Assembly (NCBI GenBank): GCA_951804945.1
Contig: OX638153.1
Span: 37,758,001-37,822,000, forward strand
Direction of reading: 5' to 3'
Origin: Podarcis cretensis
Taxonomy: Eukaryota
DNA: 64,000 nt
Shown piece by piece: positions 37,603 to 51,161 of this stretch. Under the pieces are notes generated by a model, which was given only the letters and a program-made list of their open reading frames with translations, was not told the origin of the DNA and made no database searches. The translations under genes and the position numbers were made by a program. Within the stretch, counting starts at the first letter, position 1. Each line of letters begins with the position of its first letter.

Positions 37603-39649
37603 TTCGCTTGTGCTGTCAGGCTAAATCAAGGGTCCGGAGAGGGAGGTGTGGACATGTAGCCAAGCCACAAAATGTTTATTCCCCTCTCTCTTTCCGTCGT
37701 CTTTCTCCAACCCTGGTAAGCAGCAGCAGTTTGGTGCACATTTCTGCCCAAGCTACCTGACCTATGCAGCAACGCCGCACCAAAAGACAGTGTCCCAGTT
37801 TTCTTCTCAGAAGTGTTGGAGGGCTAGCCATTCCCGCCAACTGACCAGTCAATTGACTGGTCCCTCCAGCCTAATTTGTAGTAAGCAGCTTAATCTATTG
37901 GACAGTGGATGCTGGTCCATATGGGCAAATGGATTCCTGCCCCACCAGCCTCAGTGTGCCCTCAGCTGGCCCCCAGCTGCCTGCCTTCTTGCATACTATA
38001 AGTCTAATGCCTATCAGCTTCCTCCTCCTTAGTCTCCATGTTATCCCTTGTAGAATTCAGCAGGGAGGAGGATGGAGACAAACTATAATTAGCTGGCCTT
38101 GCCTGTCATTGTCTCTGCCTCTACTTACTGTTGGTCTCCCTGCCTTTCGCCCTGCAAGTCCATCAATGGGCACCATTCCATAATCTGGATACTGAAGATT
38201 ATTAATTAGAATTTTTTCAGGCCCTGCCAACCTTCCAGCAGCATGAAAGTAACTCATTGTACAGAAACTAGCTTTGCACTGGGCATAGCAAGAGATGTTT
38301 AAGGTATCCTGCTGCTGCTGTCTTATGTCTTTGGGATTTTTACTCGACTAGTAACCTGCATTTCAACCTTTGCTACTGACTTTCCCTCTCCCTTGTTAAT
38401 GCCACCCTAACTTTTATTCCCGCGACTCTTTTGCCTGCTTGCTTCTGCCAGTTCCATTCTGCATCTGGCATGTTCTGGGTGCATGTCCCACGGCACCTTG
38501 AAATGAGTTGCATGCTGGTTGCTTTTGTTGTCAAAGATGCCTTGTACACAGTGGACATTGTGTGCGATTGCATCAAGAACAGGGCGATCTAAAATGTTCT
38601 TGGCGACTTCACTGGCCTGCTCCCCGAATGTCTTGTTACCACTTCCCATAGTTCAGTTAGTCATTTTGTCCCTTGTAATTCTATCTGTCAGCATAGTAGG
38701 CAAGGGGGAAACTGCAGGGGGTCGGGAGTTTCTAGATTAAATCAAGCTTAGTTCGCTGGTCTGTTTCACCTCTCTGTGCTGCTGTTGGACTGATTTCAAA
38801 AGAAAACTTTCAATGAGTTTCAGATTTCACAAGAGGCAACTGGAAGAAAAAAGCCTTCCCATTCCCAGGCATCTATAGGTATGCAAAAGTGTTCCTTGAC
38901 AATAGGCATCTAATTCTAATATCTTTGTTAGCGCTGGGACATGACATCTTGTTCTTCTCAATGCACGAGAAATAACAGTCAGGTTTTAATTTCATTTCCG
39001 TTTGTTTGTTTGTTTGTTTGTAGCAAGCAGAAATGGAGTAGATTATTTATTCATTCATTTAAAATAATAATAAACTGCTGAATCCAAAAACTCTCTAAGT
39101 GGTATACAACTAAACTGATAGATTATTTAGATTAAACCATGCATATATCTGCTATGTCATTATGAAAAACATTATTTAAAAAGAATTAAAAGCTTGTAAC
39201 TCTATTTGGTGTTTCATTGGGTTTTCACCCTCTTTCACGATTTGTTCTCATCTTGATCAGCCCATTCACTTTGCTACTGCTGCTTGTTGAGACGAAACAG
39301 TGTTTTTGACAACCTGGTCCTTCTAAGTTACTAAGCCATGGCAGTGATGAGAGAGGATTCCTCTCAGGTTGCAAATACTCTCCCCTCTGATTTACTTGGT
39401 TGACCAGGGGAAAACCTGTGCAAATCTTTTAGGGGCAGGGGTAGGGTTCTCAATCCTCTGCAGCAATGTTGATGTTTCTGCCAGTAGAGAGGGATTTTAA
39501 AATGATCTTACTCAAAAATCTCTTTGCCAATGTAAAAATGACATTGGCTGCGATTCTCACTCATCTTATAAATGTCAGCCACCCTCATTTTATTTCCTGT
39601 AATATGATGGATGACTTAAATAGCATGAAACTGGCTCCAAGGTAATTTA

Positions 39650-40041
39650 AGCCTCATGTCCCACAGAGGAATTTACGGTCTTCAAACAAAAACATCTTGA
39701 AGGTCCCAGGCCACAGAGAGGTTAGGCTGGCCTCAACTAGAGCCAGGGCTTTTTCGGCTGTGGCTCCAACCTGGTGGAACACTCTGTCACAAGAGACTAG
39801 GGCCCTGCAGGACTTGACATCTTTCCGCAGGGCCTGCAAGACAGAGCTGTTCCACCAGGCCTTTGGCCAGGACACAGCCTGACTCCCTCCTTTGGCAATC
39901 TTCACAGAACTCTAGCCCAATTGTTGCCATCAATTTGATTTGAATTAATTTTATAATGAAATGATTTTAGAATGTTGTATTATTTTATTGTTGTTAGCTG
40001 CCCTGAGCCCAGCTTCGGCTGAGGAGGGCGGGATATAAATA

Positions 40042-40093
<52 letters not shown>
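39650..40093 (+). mobile_element. 5'-truncated L2 LINE (ORF2 C-terminus, 3' UTR, (ATT)n tail)
   Basis: RARAFSAVAPTWWNTL...FRRACKTELFHQAF is the typical L2 ORF2 end, followed by a long (ATT)n tail. Confidence 0.88.
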
Positions 40094-40095
<2 letters not shown>

Positions 40096-40983
40096 GTATT
40101 GGCCAAGATGAGAAGCAGAAGAGGCTGAGTAAAGCTTGCTTTGAATCGGGTTACTCTAAGGAGTTTATACAAGGGAGAGACAGAGAGGGAATTATTATGG
40201 TTTCCTAATTCCTGGTGCAAAGCTGGCACAAATAGATGTTTGCCAAACAGCCTACAATATTGTGCTTTCCCTGTGTGTTTGGGAATGGGTTTGGGTTTAG
40301 GGTTATGCATTCCATGCTCCTCAAATGAGTTCACCAGTATGATGATGTCAACTTTCCTCTTAATGACTTCCTCCAGAGACAAGATCTTGGTGTCTTCTGA
40401 GCAGCTGAGAATAATTATCCATAGCTAACAGCACCAGAAAAGATGCCTTATTCATCTCTTCCAGTGGGGTTACTTGTCTGTCAAAACTTCTGTAGCTGAA
40501 TTCAGCTGAAGTTCTTGTTTAACTTGGTTTGCAGGATGTTTGAATGCATTAGCCAAAATGTTAAAATCATTGGCATCTCTAAAACCATTTCCTAGCACCT
40601 CCCAGACTCCTCTGGGTGTTTTCTTTCAAAACCTGAACCTGCCTCTGGATTGTGCAACATTTGACAAATAACAGGCATTAGTAGAGCAGACCTGTCCTCT
40701 TTATTCAGAACATCACAGCATCAATTAAGGGTTAGTTTAAAACTCTGCTGTTCCTGCAAGCTGGACTGGAGCAGTGGCAGATCTTTGAAGCTTGTTCTTT
40801 ACCAGATCTGTTTTAGTAACTTTTAGGGAAATTATCATTTTTTACTGATGATATTTTATGTCCTTGATATCGAAGATCAGTATGAAGAAGAATCTGGAGA
40901 AACCCAATAGATTGTTAACAGAAGGCAGTCAGAAACGAGAAGCATTTTGAAAAGCCAACTGGTGTCATGTAGTCAGTAGAGTA

Positions 40984-41206
40984 CAGTGGTACCTCAGGTT
41001 AAGTACTTAATTCGTTCCGGAGGTCTGTTCTTAACCTGAAACTGTTCTTAACCTGAAGCACCACTTTAGCTAATGGGGCCTCCTGTTGCCGCTGCACCAC
41101 TGGAGCCCGATTTCTGTCCTTATCCTGAAGCACTATTTTTGGCTTAGTGGAGTGTGCAACCTGAAGCGTATGTAACCTGAAGCGTATGTAACCCGAGGTA
41201 CAACTG
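40984..41206. mobile_element. Tc1/mariner-type MITE (second subfamily)
   Basis: TA TSD and TIRs; reverse-orientation relative of 17847-18080. Confidence 0.86.
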
Positions 41207-41581
41207 TATTGAGCTTGGCAGAGGCTACTGTATGTGAGTTCAGATCCCTCTCCAGCTACTAAGCTCACTGTGTAGCCCTCGCCAAGTCACTGGTTATTTC
41301 CATGTTATATCTGTATCACAGATTCTTTTTGGAGCACTTACTGGGTCTCCATGTCTTAAGTTTTAACTTAGAAGGAGTTCAGTCCTGTTTTCTTAGATTT
41401 ATATTTGGCACATCAAGATGTGTTGCCGATGCTGCTTTTGGAAACTGAACTTAGCTTGGATGTATTCCATTCACTTTTGGCTCCACTGCTCTTTTGCTTC
41501 CTCCCAGTTCCTTTGTTTTCCAGGTGATGAGAGACTCTCATAAGGTTGCCTAGATGAAGGAATTACTGCAAAATGTTGTTA

Positions 41582-42058
41582 CAGTGGTACCTTGGTTCTC
41601 AAACTTAATCCATTCCAGAAGTCCGTTCCAAAACCAAAGCGTTCCAAAACCAAGGCACGCTTTCCCATATAAAGTAATGCAAAATGGATTAATCTGTTCC
41701 AGGGTTTTAAAACGCAATTTAACATGAATTTTACTATCTAACGAGACCATTGATTGACAAAATGAAAGCAATAAATAATGTACTGCGGTCACATCAATCA
41801 ATCTGTAGCTGAACTGGGCTCCATACAGTCACAAAAACAAATAGCCGCAAAAATGCAAAATAAGTAGCAAAAACAGACAGACCTCAGCGTAACACTCAAA
41901 ACAGAAGTGTGGCACTCAAATCGGAAGCGTAATACTCAAAACAGAGCATGCTCGGCTTCCGAAAAAGTTAACAAACTGGAACACTTACTTCTGGGTTTGC
42001 AGTGTTTGGGTTCCAAGTTGTTTGAGTACCAAGGCATTTGAGAACGAAGGTACCACTG
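41582..42058. mobile_element. Longer Tc1/mariner-type non-autonomous element
   Basis: TA TSD; TIR CAGTGGTACCTT(G/C)GTTCTCAAA at both ends. Confidence 0.88.
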
Positions 42059-45000
42059 TACTTGAGTTTTCACCTTCTTATTGTCTATAGCCTATAAGCA
42101 AGTCAAGTGTGGCTTTAATGCTTGCATCCATCCCAAGTAAAGCGGTATATCAAACTATCTTTAGTTCCCTGGTTTTTGTTTAAAAAGGCATATCTAAACA
42201 CCATTTGGCACCAACTCTACCTTCTTGTGATGACAAGGGCAGTATTTGTTATTTATAGGAACTTGGATATATGTTCCCCATAAAAGCTTTTGAGGGTTAG
42301 GCATTTAAGGGTGCCAGATAAAAGGCTTTCCTGCATTTAGGAACAGATAACCATTTCAGATAAGGCATCCCATTCTTAGAAGTGGAATTTGGCAAACCCA
42401 GCAACTGAGAGCAAGGCTTCTTGGCCCCATGCCATACACTCTTGTAGGTTAATTGCCGTTAGTCTCTGTTTGACAATACATTTGGCTTGCTTCTAAGCTA
42501 TAGATAAGTGCAAATTTTTGAAGAATGGCTGTGATTTGGTTCAATTCACTTTGCATTTAAAGGTAAATTCACATTTAAAAGCAGACTGAATAAAGTTGCT
42601 TTCCCATCCCTAGGGAGGGGTGGTGATGGCACTGGAATTGCACTACCTCTGTTCCAAAACTTCAAAAAATACCTGGAGGCCCCAGTTGCCCTTCTCCACA
42701 CTCTCATCCTTAGGTAATGGTATAAAGACTGTGAGTATGTGATGAGTTATAGTAACCTTTGGTGTAGCTTCAGGTAAATTAACAGTATCTCACCAGGGAT
42801 GAATTTGTCCTGTGTTGCTTAATTTGTGTTTCAGATTAAAAGAGCATCATAAATTACCATAGCACAATGGAGCAAATCTCTATTAACACAATTAATTTAG
42901 GGAAGGCCCTCTTTTATGGCGGTAGCATACTTAAGTTGATTGGATTCACAGACTGTAGGAAAGGACAACTCAGATGATGAAAAAGGAAAAGCAAAAATTT
43001 GTATTTTTATAGCTTAGATTAAAAAAAAGATGCCATAGGAAAGGGAAGAGAAGCAGATGGAAGTTATGTGAGGTTTGGAGAAAGTGGACAGAAAGATACA
43101 ACATTCTCCATCCCTCATAGCACCAGCAGAACCGATCAACAGGGGAGACAAAATAAAATACTTTTTCAGACAAATAATTAATGCATGAAATTTATAACCC
43201 CAAGATGTGTTATTTTTAACTTTTTTTTGCTTTTATGATTTTATTGTTTGGTTTTATGTTATCATATTGCTGCAAAACACTGTAATACAGCGGCATATAA
43301 ATACTTTTATAAATAAAATAATTATGCACTGGCTCACATTGTTTTAAAAGGTCATTAGACAAATTCAGAGAGCATGGCTATTGGGCACAACAAAATGTGG
43401 CACTGTTGAGTCTGGGTTGAAGTTTCTAGGTATTCTACCCATCCTCCCCATAAAAAAGAGTTTGCAGAGTCATCTGACACTGGGAATTGTATGTAAGACT
43501 AGATGGACCTTTCGTTGGGAGACTGATATGGAGAGAGGAGACCTTGCTTAACATCATCTATTTGAGCTTAGGAACTTCCTGACTCATCATAGCTCATCCA
43601 CTGGCGGAGGAAGAGGAGTGTGGGGGGAGCCCATCGCCCCTGGCAGTGCGATCCTGGTAGAGTGCCATCGTGGCTGTCCCCCCGCCCGCTCTGCATGCCA
43701 TGCCCCTGCGGGCAGTGTGCCACGCCCCCAGGACCTGTGCCAGCCCCACCCCCACCTGCTCTCCGCCCCCCGGTGCCAGAGCATGAAGCTCTACCACTGT
43801 CACTATCCCTTAACTACAAATTGACGCAAATGTATTGAATATCTCCAGAAAAAGTTGAATGGGGTTCTGTGTTTAATGTCTCCTATCCTGTGAAAAATTC
43901 ATTTCTTAAATACACTGATGTCAAATTATTTGGAACAGATGGGTAAAATCTTAGCTCCTTTATGGGAGTAAACAAAGGCATGTGGAATTCACTAACCTTA
44001 TGCACACATATCATTTAAAAATTAATACAGCAATAGATAAGAGAGCTAGGGGTATATGATAAAATTCCATTAATAGGACTATTATGGCTAAGACATTAAA
44101 GTGAGGCATATCAAAGTGAAGTTGCTACATTAAAAAAAATTGATCTGTAGTTTGCATCCATTAATAACTTTCTGCATTGCTTATCATTTCAGGAACATTT
44201 GGTCCTTGCATGTGATCTGTCAATCAAAAGCAAAACCATCAGGGAGCACCAAAAAGCCATTACAGCTTCAAACATCAGTATGGAAGCAAAAAAATAACAT
44301 ATATTGCACTAGCAGAAAAATCTGTTGTTGCTTCTCTTAAGTATTACTTTGGAGGAAATTATTAACATAATAATGATTAACCATGTTATATTTAACCACG
44401 ATCCAGTCCATAAAAATAAGTGATGATTCTCCAGAGGCCTATGAAAGAATGTGGTTCAGTATCCATAATGAACAGTGAAATTATTATCTGTCTCAAAGTC
44501 AATGTAGAAAGCTGCCTATTCAACCTTTACTCTCCTGCACTTTAAAGATAGCTCACCTATCATGAATCCTGTGCTAAAAATATCCCATTCCTTGTGTTGC
44601 TCACTGAAAAGCTATCTCTATGTTATATTTTCTGTGCTGGGAATATCCGTAGAGATCTTTTAATGCTGAAAATTGCAGTTTGAATTTTGCACTATATCTG
44701 GAGATCACTGGAAATTCTGAGTGATAACACAATATCCCAATTTTTAGCTTCTGATTAAAACTGCGTGAGGCTGAGAAACCCCTTTGAAGATACAATTTGA
44801 TGTTCAAATTATGTATACATTCAATACTGATCCAAAGAATCCCAGGAGCGTGTTGAATCAGTAAGCACAGTGGAACCCAAGAAATAGCAAATGTGCAGAG
44901 AAAATTGTGGCCAGAGCTGTGTCATTCCATTGCCCCTAAAATCCATGTATATTTACTTGTGTTCAAGGGTAGCATCCAGCTAAATAGTGCAAGGACTTTG

Positions 45001-45731
45001 GGCTGTGCAAAAGCATTTTCCCTCCCTCTCCTCTCATTGCAGCCCTTCCGTGTCCCCCTACATATGTTCTGGGATTTCCAGCCCTCACAAGGTCCCATTA
45101 AACCCTTCAGCCTTGTGCAAGATCTCACAAGGGGCTACAATAAGTGGGAAGCAGAAGCTCCACCCCCACTTAACCATTCTGGAACCCCTGTGTCCCCAAA
45201 GGCACCCCATTTACAGGATACGTGGAGCGGCAGCTATTGGAGGGAAAGTCAGCCAGAAATCAGTCATCTAGAGGAAATGCTGTCTATCATTGCTATGATC
45301 CAGCTGTAAGGATAGGGATGCTGATTTTTGGCCTCATGGTTTCCTAAAAACCACAGGGAAGGCTCAGCAACCAATCAAGGGTCAGAACAGAAAAGTTAGA
45401 ATGACATTCCTCTTTGGTTTCCTAAATTTCCTGCATTTATCTCTGCATCTTCATTTGTGTGCTCTAACAACAAACATTTCTGGGAGTGGGGTGAGTTAAA
45501 GACTCATATGACCATAAGCTCAAATATAACTGCACATCTAGGTGCTTGTATGATGTTACTCTTAATAGTGCTGAGATGACAACATCCACAGAGACTGGTG
45601 GTAACAGACCTTGAACCCAACTTCGATGGGGGTCCAATTAGGGGCCATTTGTAGCAACTAGTTATTTCAGACTTCTTTAGTCTAGACTCTTCAAGAATCT
45701 GCCCCAAAAGGAGGTGCTCAATTCTTTTTTT

Positions 45732-46096
45732 GGGGACGCAGGTGGCGCTGTGGGTTAAAGCCTCAGCGCCTAGGGCTTGCCGATCGAAAGGTCGGCGGTT
45801 CGAATCCCTGCGGCGGGGTGCGCTCCCGCTGCTCGGTCCCAGCGCCTGCCAACCTAGCAGTTCGAAAGCACCTCCGGGTGCAAGTAGATAAATAGGGACC
45901 GCTTACCAGCGGGAAGGTAAACGGCGTTTCCGTGTGCGGCTCTGGCTCGCCAGAGCAGTGATGTCACGCTGGCCACGTGACCCGGAAGTGTCTTCGGACA
46001 GCGCTGGCCCCTGGCCTCTTAAGTGAGATGGGCGCACAACCCCAGAGTCTGTCAAGACTGGCCCGTACGGGCAGGGGTACCTTTACCTTTACCTTT
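45732..46096 (+). mobile_element. Sauria SINE, full length
   Basis: Same head and tail; TSD AATTCTTTTTTT. Confidence 0.94.
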
Positions 46097-46528
46097 AATT
46101 CTTTTTTTAGGTGATGAGATTAATGACATTGCTGCCTATTGAAAAACAGTCAGAGAAAGCACAATGGGGGGGCAGTCTTGAGGTGCCAAAATCATTCTGT
46201 TGCATTGTATTTTCCCCAACAGATACACTTAAACAGTGAGCAAGGGTGTGATTCTGTACCCACTTACCAGGGAGTAAGCCCCACTGAACTTAGTGGGACT
46301 TGCTTCCTAATAGATGTGCATAGTATTATACTGAATCCATCTGTGGCTGTGTGCAACACAATACCCTTGCTGGTTCTTAACTCCTTTTTTTGAAGCTGCA
46401 GCCATTGAGCAAGTGTATACTTGTAAATTGACATCCAAGAGTCTCCATTTTAAAACCAGGATTTGGTGTTGTGTGTCCTGTGTCTGCTTTCTGATTTTCT
46501 CATGACTTAAACACAGCGGGGGGGGGGG

Positions 46529-46530
<2 letters not shown>

Positions 46531-46575
<45 letters not shown>
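46531..46575. repeat. (GA)n microsatellite after a poly-G run
   Basis: Direct reading. Confidence 0.95.
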
Positions 46576-46578
<3 letters not shown>

Positions 46579-47896
46579 TAGCTCTAGGAGATCCTGTAAT
46601 GTCTGCCATGTTATTCCAGGAACTATTCGCTTGAGAATATGTTTGCATCAATACCGTGCCAGGAATTTGGAGGGCTGTCTTTGAAGCACAGTTCTGTGAA
46701 AAGAACTCGCAGTGACAGCACTGTGGGACAAAACATCTGATAACTGTTTAGTGAGTGGCTCATGCTGCATTCCTGCTAATTAGCGAGGTGACAGGTTTTC
46801 TTCTCCAGAACTGTCGCTCTGCTTTAATTCAGGGTGCATCAGACACTCCCAACTGTAGCTGGCATATTGTCAAGTTCAGTCCTTCGCGGTACATGACTGG
46901 GGACATTTCATTTCATGTTAGATTCATGATTTTTCTTTCTCTCTGTTGAAAGAAGAGTTGCATCCCCAGCATCTTGATTAAAGACTGTGTTAACTAGCCA
47001 CGTAAACAGGGCAAACAGGAACGGCATCTCAGGATATCCCCAAATAACATCCCAGTATATTCTGAAATAGTATCACTGAGTGCTGCTGTTTGGAAGGAAG
47101 GAAGGGCAGTTTATATTGGGTTGCCAGACCTTCGGGGATGACCCAAACTCTCCAGGTTTGCTTGGCTCCCTCCAGGTAGCAAAGGAAAGTCTTGAATGTC
47201 CAGGTGTGTGAGAATGCCTTAATTTATTTATTTTTTAATTAAGACATTTCTGCACGCAGCTTGCACATTTCAGCCTGGCAGGAGCTGGCTGCAAATTATT
47301 GCATATACTTTTTTTTGCTGGTGGTGGGAACTGCCCTTCTCTGCTGTCTCCCAGTTAACCTCCATCTCCAGGGTTCAATAGAGGGAGGGAGCACAGAGGA
47401 AGAAAGATCTGGGCCCACTCCTATGACATCACCAGGGGCTGTCCCTAAGTCTCATGTTTAGGCCGAGAAATTTCAGGGTCTGCGATGCCCCTGACCTGGC
47501 AACCCTATGATTATGACAGCGGGACTTGCTTCTGAATAAACACTGCATATTTTTCATTAAAATGAAAAGCCTTAGAAATATGGATTAATGATAAATATTT
47601 AACTAGTAATTTACTAAGAAGTTCTGTGCAAAAGTAATATTTGCTTGAGCTTCACCCACAGTATCTTGAGCTCCTCCCACAGTATGGATATGTAAGGAAT
47701 TATTGGAAGCAAAAAGAGCAGAATTCAACAGAATTTTTTCCCCTATGTAAGTCATGGAAAGTGCGGGTGCCACACACTCATTTCCTCCATTTCTATGGAG
47801 CTGTGTTGTACCCAAAGATATCCATATTTAGAGTTTGGGAGCTATGCACTTCAAGTGGCTAGAAAAGTCCAACAGTGTCATAACATAGGTCCAGGT

Positions 47897-49182
47897 TCAT
47901 TTCCAGCTACTTCACGAGTCAATGGCAGTTGTTCTTCGCAGCCCTCCACAAGCTGCAAGGAAGCTCAGGCAGGGGAAAGCGAGGACTTATGAGGCATAAA
48001 TATTCGCAATGCTCCACAGTAGGGTCTGGGGAGTTCACTGCATCCCACAGTACCATGAAATCCTGTGTCTGCCAACTTGAAAGGCAGAGTGGGAACGACC
48101 TGGAAGTGTGTCCCTGCCTTGGACGATCCTCTATTACCGGCGTGATTTGTGGTTGGCTCCTCCTTAATCTGGACAATTGGCTTTAATCAAGAAGCGCTCC
48201 TGGACTGACATATGCTAATGGGCTGCAATCAATCAGCTGCCAAAAGGACTGGGCTTGGCTCTCTGAATGTATCTGAATGTTTTTTAGAAGCTTGAGAACC
48301 CCTACAACAGCCGGGAAAGGAAGAGGGAGGACAAGGTGCTTTGTGCTTTCTTATGGTTTTCAAATGGTCTTTCCTTTTCTTGACCTCCCCTGCATAATGA
48401 AAGAGACGTGTGTAGCCACTGCTTTGTTATTCTGTCTGATACTTGGAAAAAGAGGGGAGGGGAGGCTTTTGATTTATGCTAAGGAATTTAATAAGGTTTT
48501 GGTATGCCCTCCCCCTCGGTCGAGGCTGAATGGACTTTATCTGCAACTATTTCTGGACTGGAGTGTTGCCAGAGGAATGCGGGGGGTGAACTGCAGCCGA
48601 ACAGATGTGGTAAAGAGACTGAATTTGAGGAAAGATCTTGCTCTTAACTGTGTGCCGAGAAAGGACTCCAGAGCGGAATTTAATGGCAGAGCCTGGATGT
48701 ACACCCTGTGAGTTATTAATGGCTGTGGCCCATACGCTAGTCTGTAAACAGCGGACGGAATGGGATGTGACTTTGTACCATCCAGATAAACACTGCAAAG
48801 AACTGAACAATGGAAGATAGTAATGAACTCTCCCAGCACACCAGGTCTGGAACAAAAATGTATATGAAGGACTACACACGTGAACTGGATTTTATATTTG
48901 TAAGACGTAGCAGAGATGCTGTTTGTAAGGGGGGGAAGCAGTCAGCTGGAAGAATGGTTTAATGGCAAGCGAAGGATGACAACTGGACACTAAATAAGAA
49001 ATGATGCATCTACGGGAAGAAATGATTGCCATATGTTTGAAACAGGAGCGGGAAACCCGATTTTAAGAAATTGTATTAAAATAATGTAATTAGACTTGAT
49101 TTGCATAATTTTGAAAAATAATAAAAAGAATGATAAAAAAAAGAAAACAGCTCTTTAAACTTAAAAATAATAATAAAAAACC
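47897..49182 (+). mobile_element. Second non-autonomous A-tailed retroposon, about 1.29 kb
   Basis: 14-bp TSD ACATAGGTCCAGGT (47883-47896 and 49183-49196), with AATAAA/A-rich 3' ends at about 49119-49148 and 49163-49180. Confidence 0.78.
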
Positions 49183-49335
49183 ACATAGGTCCAGGTCTAG
49201 TGTTACATTTGCGGCATCCTCACAGTGGATCTCAATGTCCCTAGGAAACTGCTGAATTGGCGCAAAAGTACATTAAAAAAATGACATAATTCTGAAACAA
49301 AAAACCATTTGGAATATGAAAGAAAATGTAAACGT

Positions 49336-49341
49336 TTTATT
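49336..49341 (-). terminator. Candidate LGI1 polyadenylation signal (AATAAA on minus strand)
   Basis: TTTATT on the plus strand about 660 nt downstream of the LGI1 stop. Motif only, no transcript evidence. Confidence 0.4.
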
Positions 49342-49998
49342 TGGCAGTTTTCAAATAGGTGAAGAATGGAAAATTACATCTTATTGGATCCCCCCCCCCC
49401 CAAGATAGATGGAGTTTCACTACATATTTACAGAGCACTGGATCCAGACTACCTGCATACACATGATATATTTTAAGGACCCCCACCCCCGGGCAAAGAA
49501 TCCTGTGAGCTGTAGTTTGTTAAGGATGCTGGGAATTGTAGCTCTGTGAAAGATAAACTGCAGTTCCCAGGATTCTTGGGTGAGGGGAATGTGCTTTAAA
49601 TGTGCTCTAAATGTATGGTGTGTATGCAACCTTAGTCATGTTTAGAGTAGACCCACTGGAATCAGTGGGGCTTGAGTTACTCATCACTGTACTATGTGCC
49701 ATTGATATCAATGGGTCTACTTTAAGCATGACTAAATTTGGATCCAAGCCATTGTGACTGCAAATAATAATTAATGATTTGTCTTTTCTTAAAAAAAAAA
49801 AAAAAGCAATTCCCAACAGCACTAGACGTGACTAGATTTACGGATGAAGATACTTGTAGTATTTGATTCTAGCAATCTGATCCGTTAAAGGCATTCCGCA
49901 GACTGGAAGTAAAGAGAATCATCATCATGCATTTAGTTCATTAGGTCCTTGTTATCATTGGAGGAAGCCTCACAACAAATTCCCAAAATCTCTGTGTG

Positions 49999-50816
49999 TC
50001 ACGCACTTAGGTCCACTATGATATGTTTATAAATCACTGTATTCCCTTTAAAGCTTGAGGCAAAGAGAAAATCTTGCTTGTCGACAAAAACGTGTGTGAA
50101 AGATCTTGGAGCTTGTATATTTAATTCCTGAAACTTCACAAATTTGGCCTTTCCTGCCTCCCAGAAATAGACTTGAGTAAATGAATAATCACTTCCAAGA
50201 ATAGCATATTGATAATTCTTTATCTGAAGTGGCTGGAATACCATTGACCCTCTCGACGGCATCCTTTGTAAATCCAGAAATTTCGAACCTCCCCATTTCA
50301 TTACTTTGGAATCACCAATGAATCTTGTTAGACAAACGTAAATGTCATCTTTCACAGTGAAGTGCTTCACAGCATAAACATCCTCCATATCTGGAATGTC
50401 AACAGGGTCAACAAATTTGTTTGTTCCTTTGTTCCACTGATAGATGACAGGGTGCTGAGAACTACTGGACAGGATCAAGTGAGGTTTGCCAGCTATTTCA
50501 AGGTACTCCACATCAGTATCTCTATACCACTCATGCAAAGACTGGTCAGAATAAAATCCGATTCCATTCCATTTGTAAACAGTGGTGATTCCAGCTTTTG
50601 AACTGTCTGCAATTGCAAAATACCATTCTTTCGCCATCGTAAATATTTCAATGTCATTAGGCTTTCTGATTTTGAGAATCTCAATATCCTGAATTTTAGT
50701 GAATTTATTTGCATTAACGTCTCTTTTGTATATGTGGGAGCCGCCGAAGAGTTGGGCAACTATGATGTACAGGTTTCTCTCAACAATGACAGGCTTGCAT
50801 ACAACCACTGACGTCC
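49999..50816 (-). CDS. LGI1: LGI1 exon 8 (last coding exon, EPTP/EAR repeats), 818 nt
   Basis: Acceptor ttttttatccag. Encodes [33 protein letters not shown]...QAPRSFTHV...[21 protein letters not shown], matching the LGI1 C-terminus. Syntenic with SLC35G1. Confidence 0.97.
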
Positions 50817-50917
50817 CTGGATAAAAAAAGTATAAAAGAGATAAAAGATTGCTTCATCATCAACTGGCATTTAGATCAGGTAGCAACACAATGCCTATGG
50901 AGACGAATCATTCATAC

Positions 50918-51082
50918 CTGTAATGTTGTCAAAATTTCTAAAAGTCCCTTCCACATGGTCCCATTGAAGGAAGATACACTTTCCAGTAAAAGGCTGGGCA
51001 ATGACAACAAATTCATCATTCTCAAACGAGAATGTGTCCACCGATAGTGACTGATAAGGCAGCTTCCGAAAAACAACAAATT
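50918..51082 (-). CDS. LGI1: LGI1 exon 7 (165 nt)
   Basis: ttttgcag acceptor and gtatga donor. Encodes [56 protein letters not shown]; phases 1/1 fit the neighbouring exons. Confidence 0.95.
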
Positions 51083-51114
51083 CTGCAAAAAAGGCACACC
51101 AAAAGGAGACATGC

Positions 51115-51116
<2 letters not shown>

Positions 51117-51161
<45 letters not shown>
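51117..51161. repeat. (AAT)n microsatellite in LGI1 intron 6, about 35 nt from the exon 7 acceptor
   Basis: Direct reading. Confidence 0.95.
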
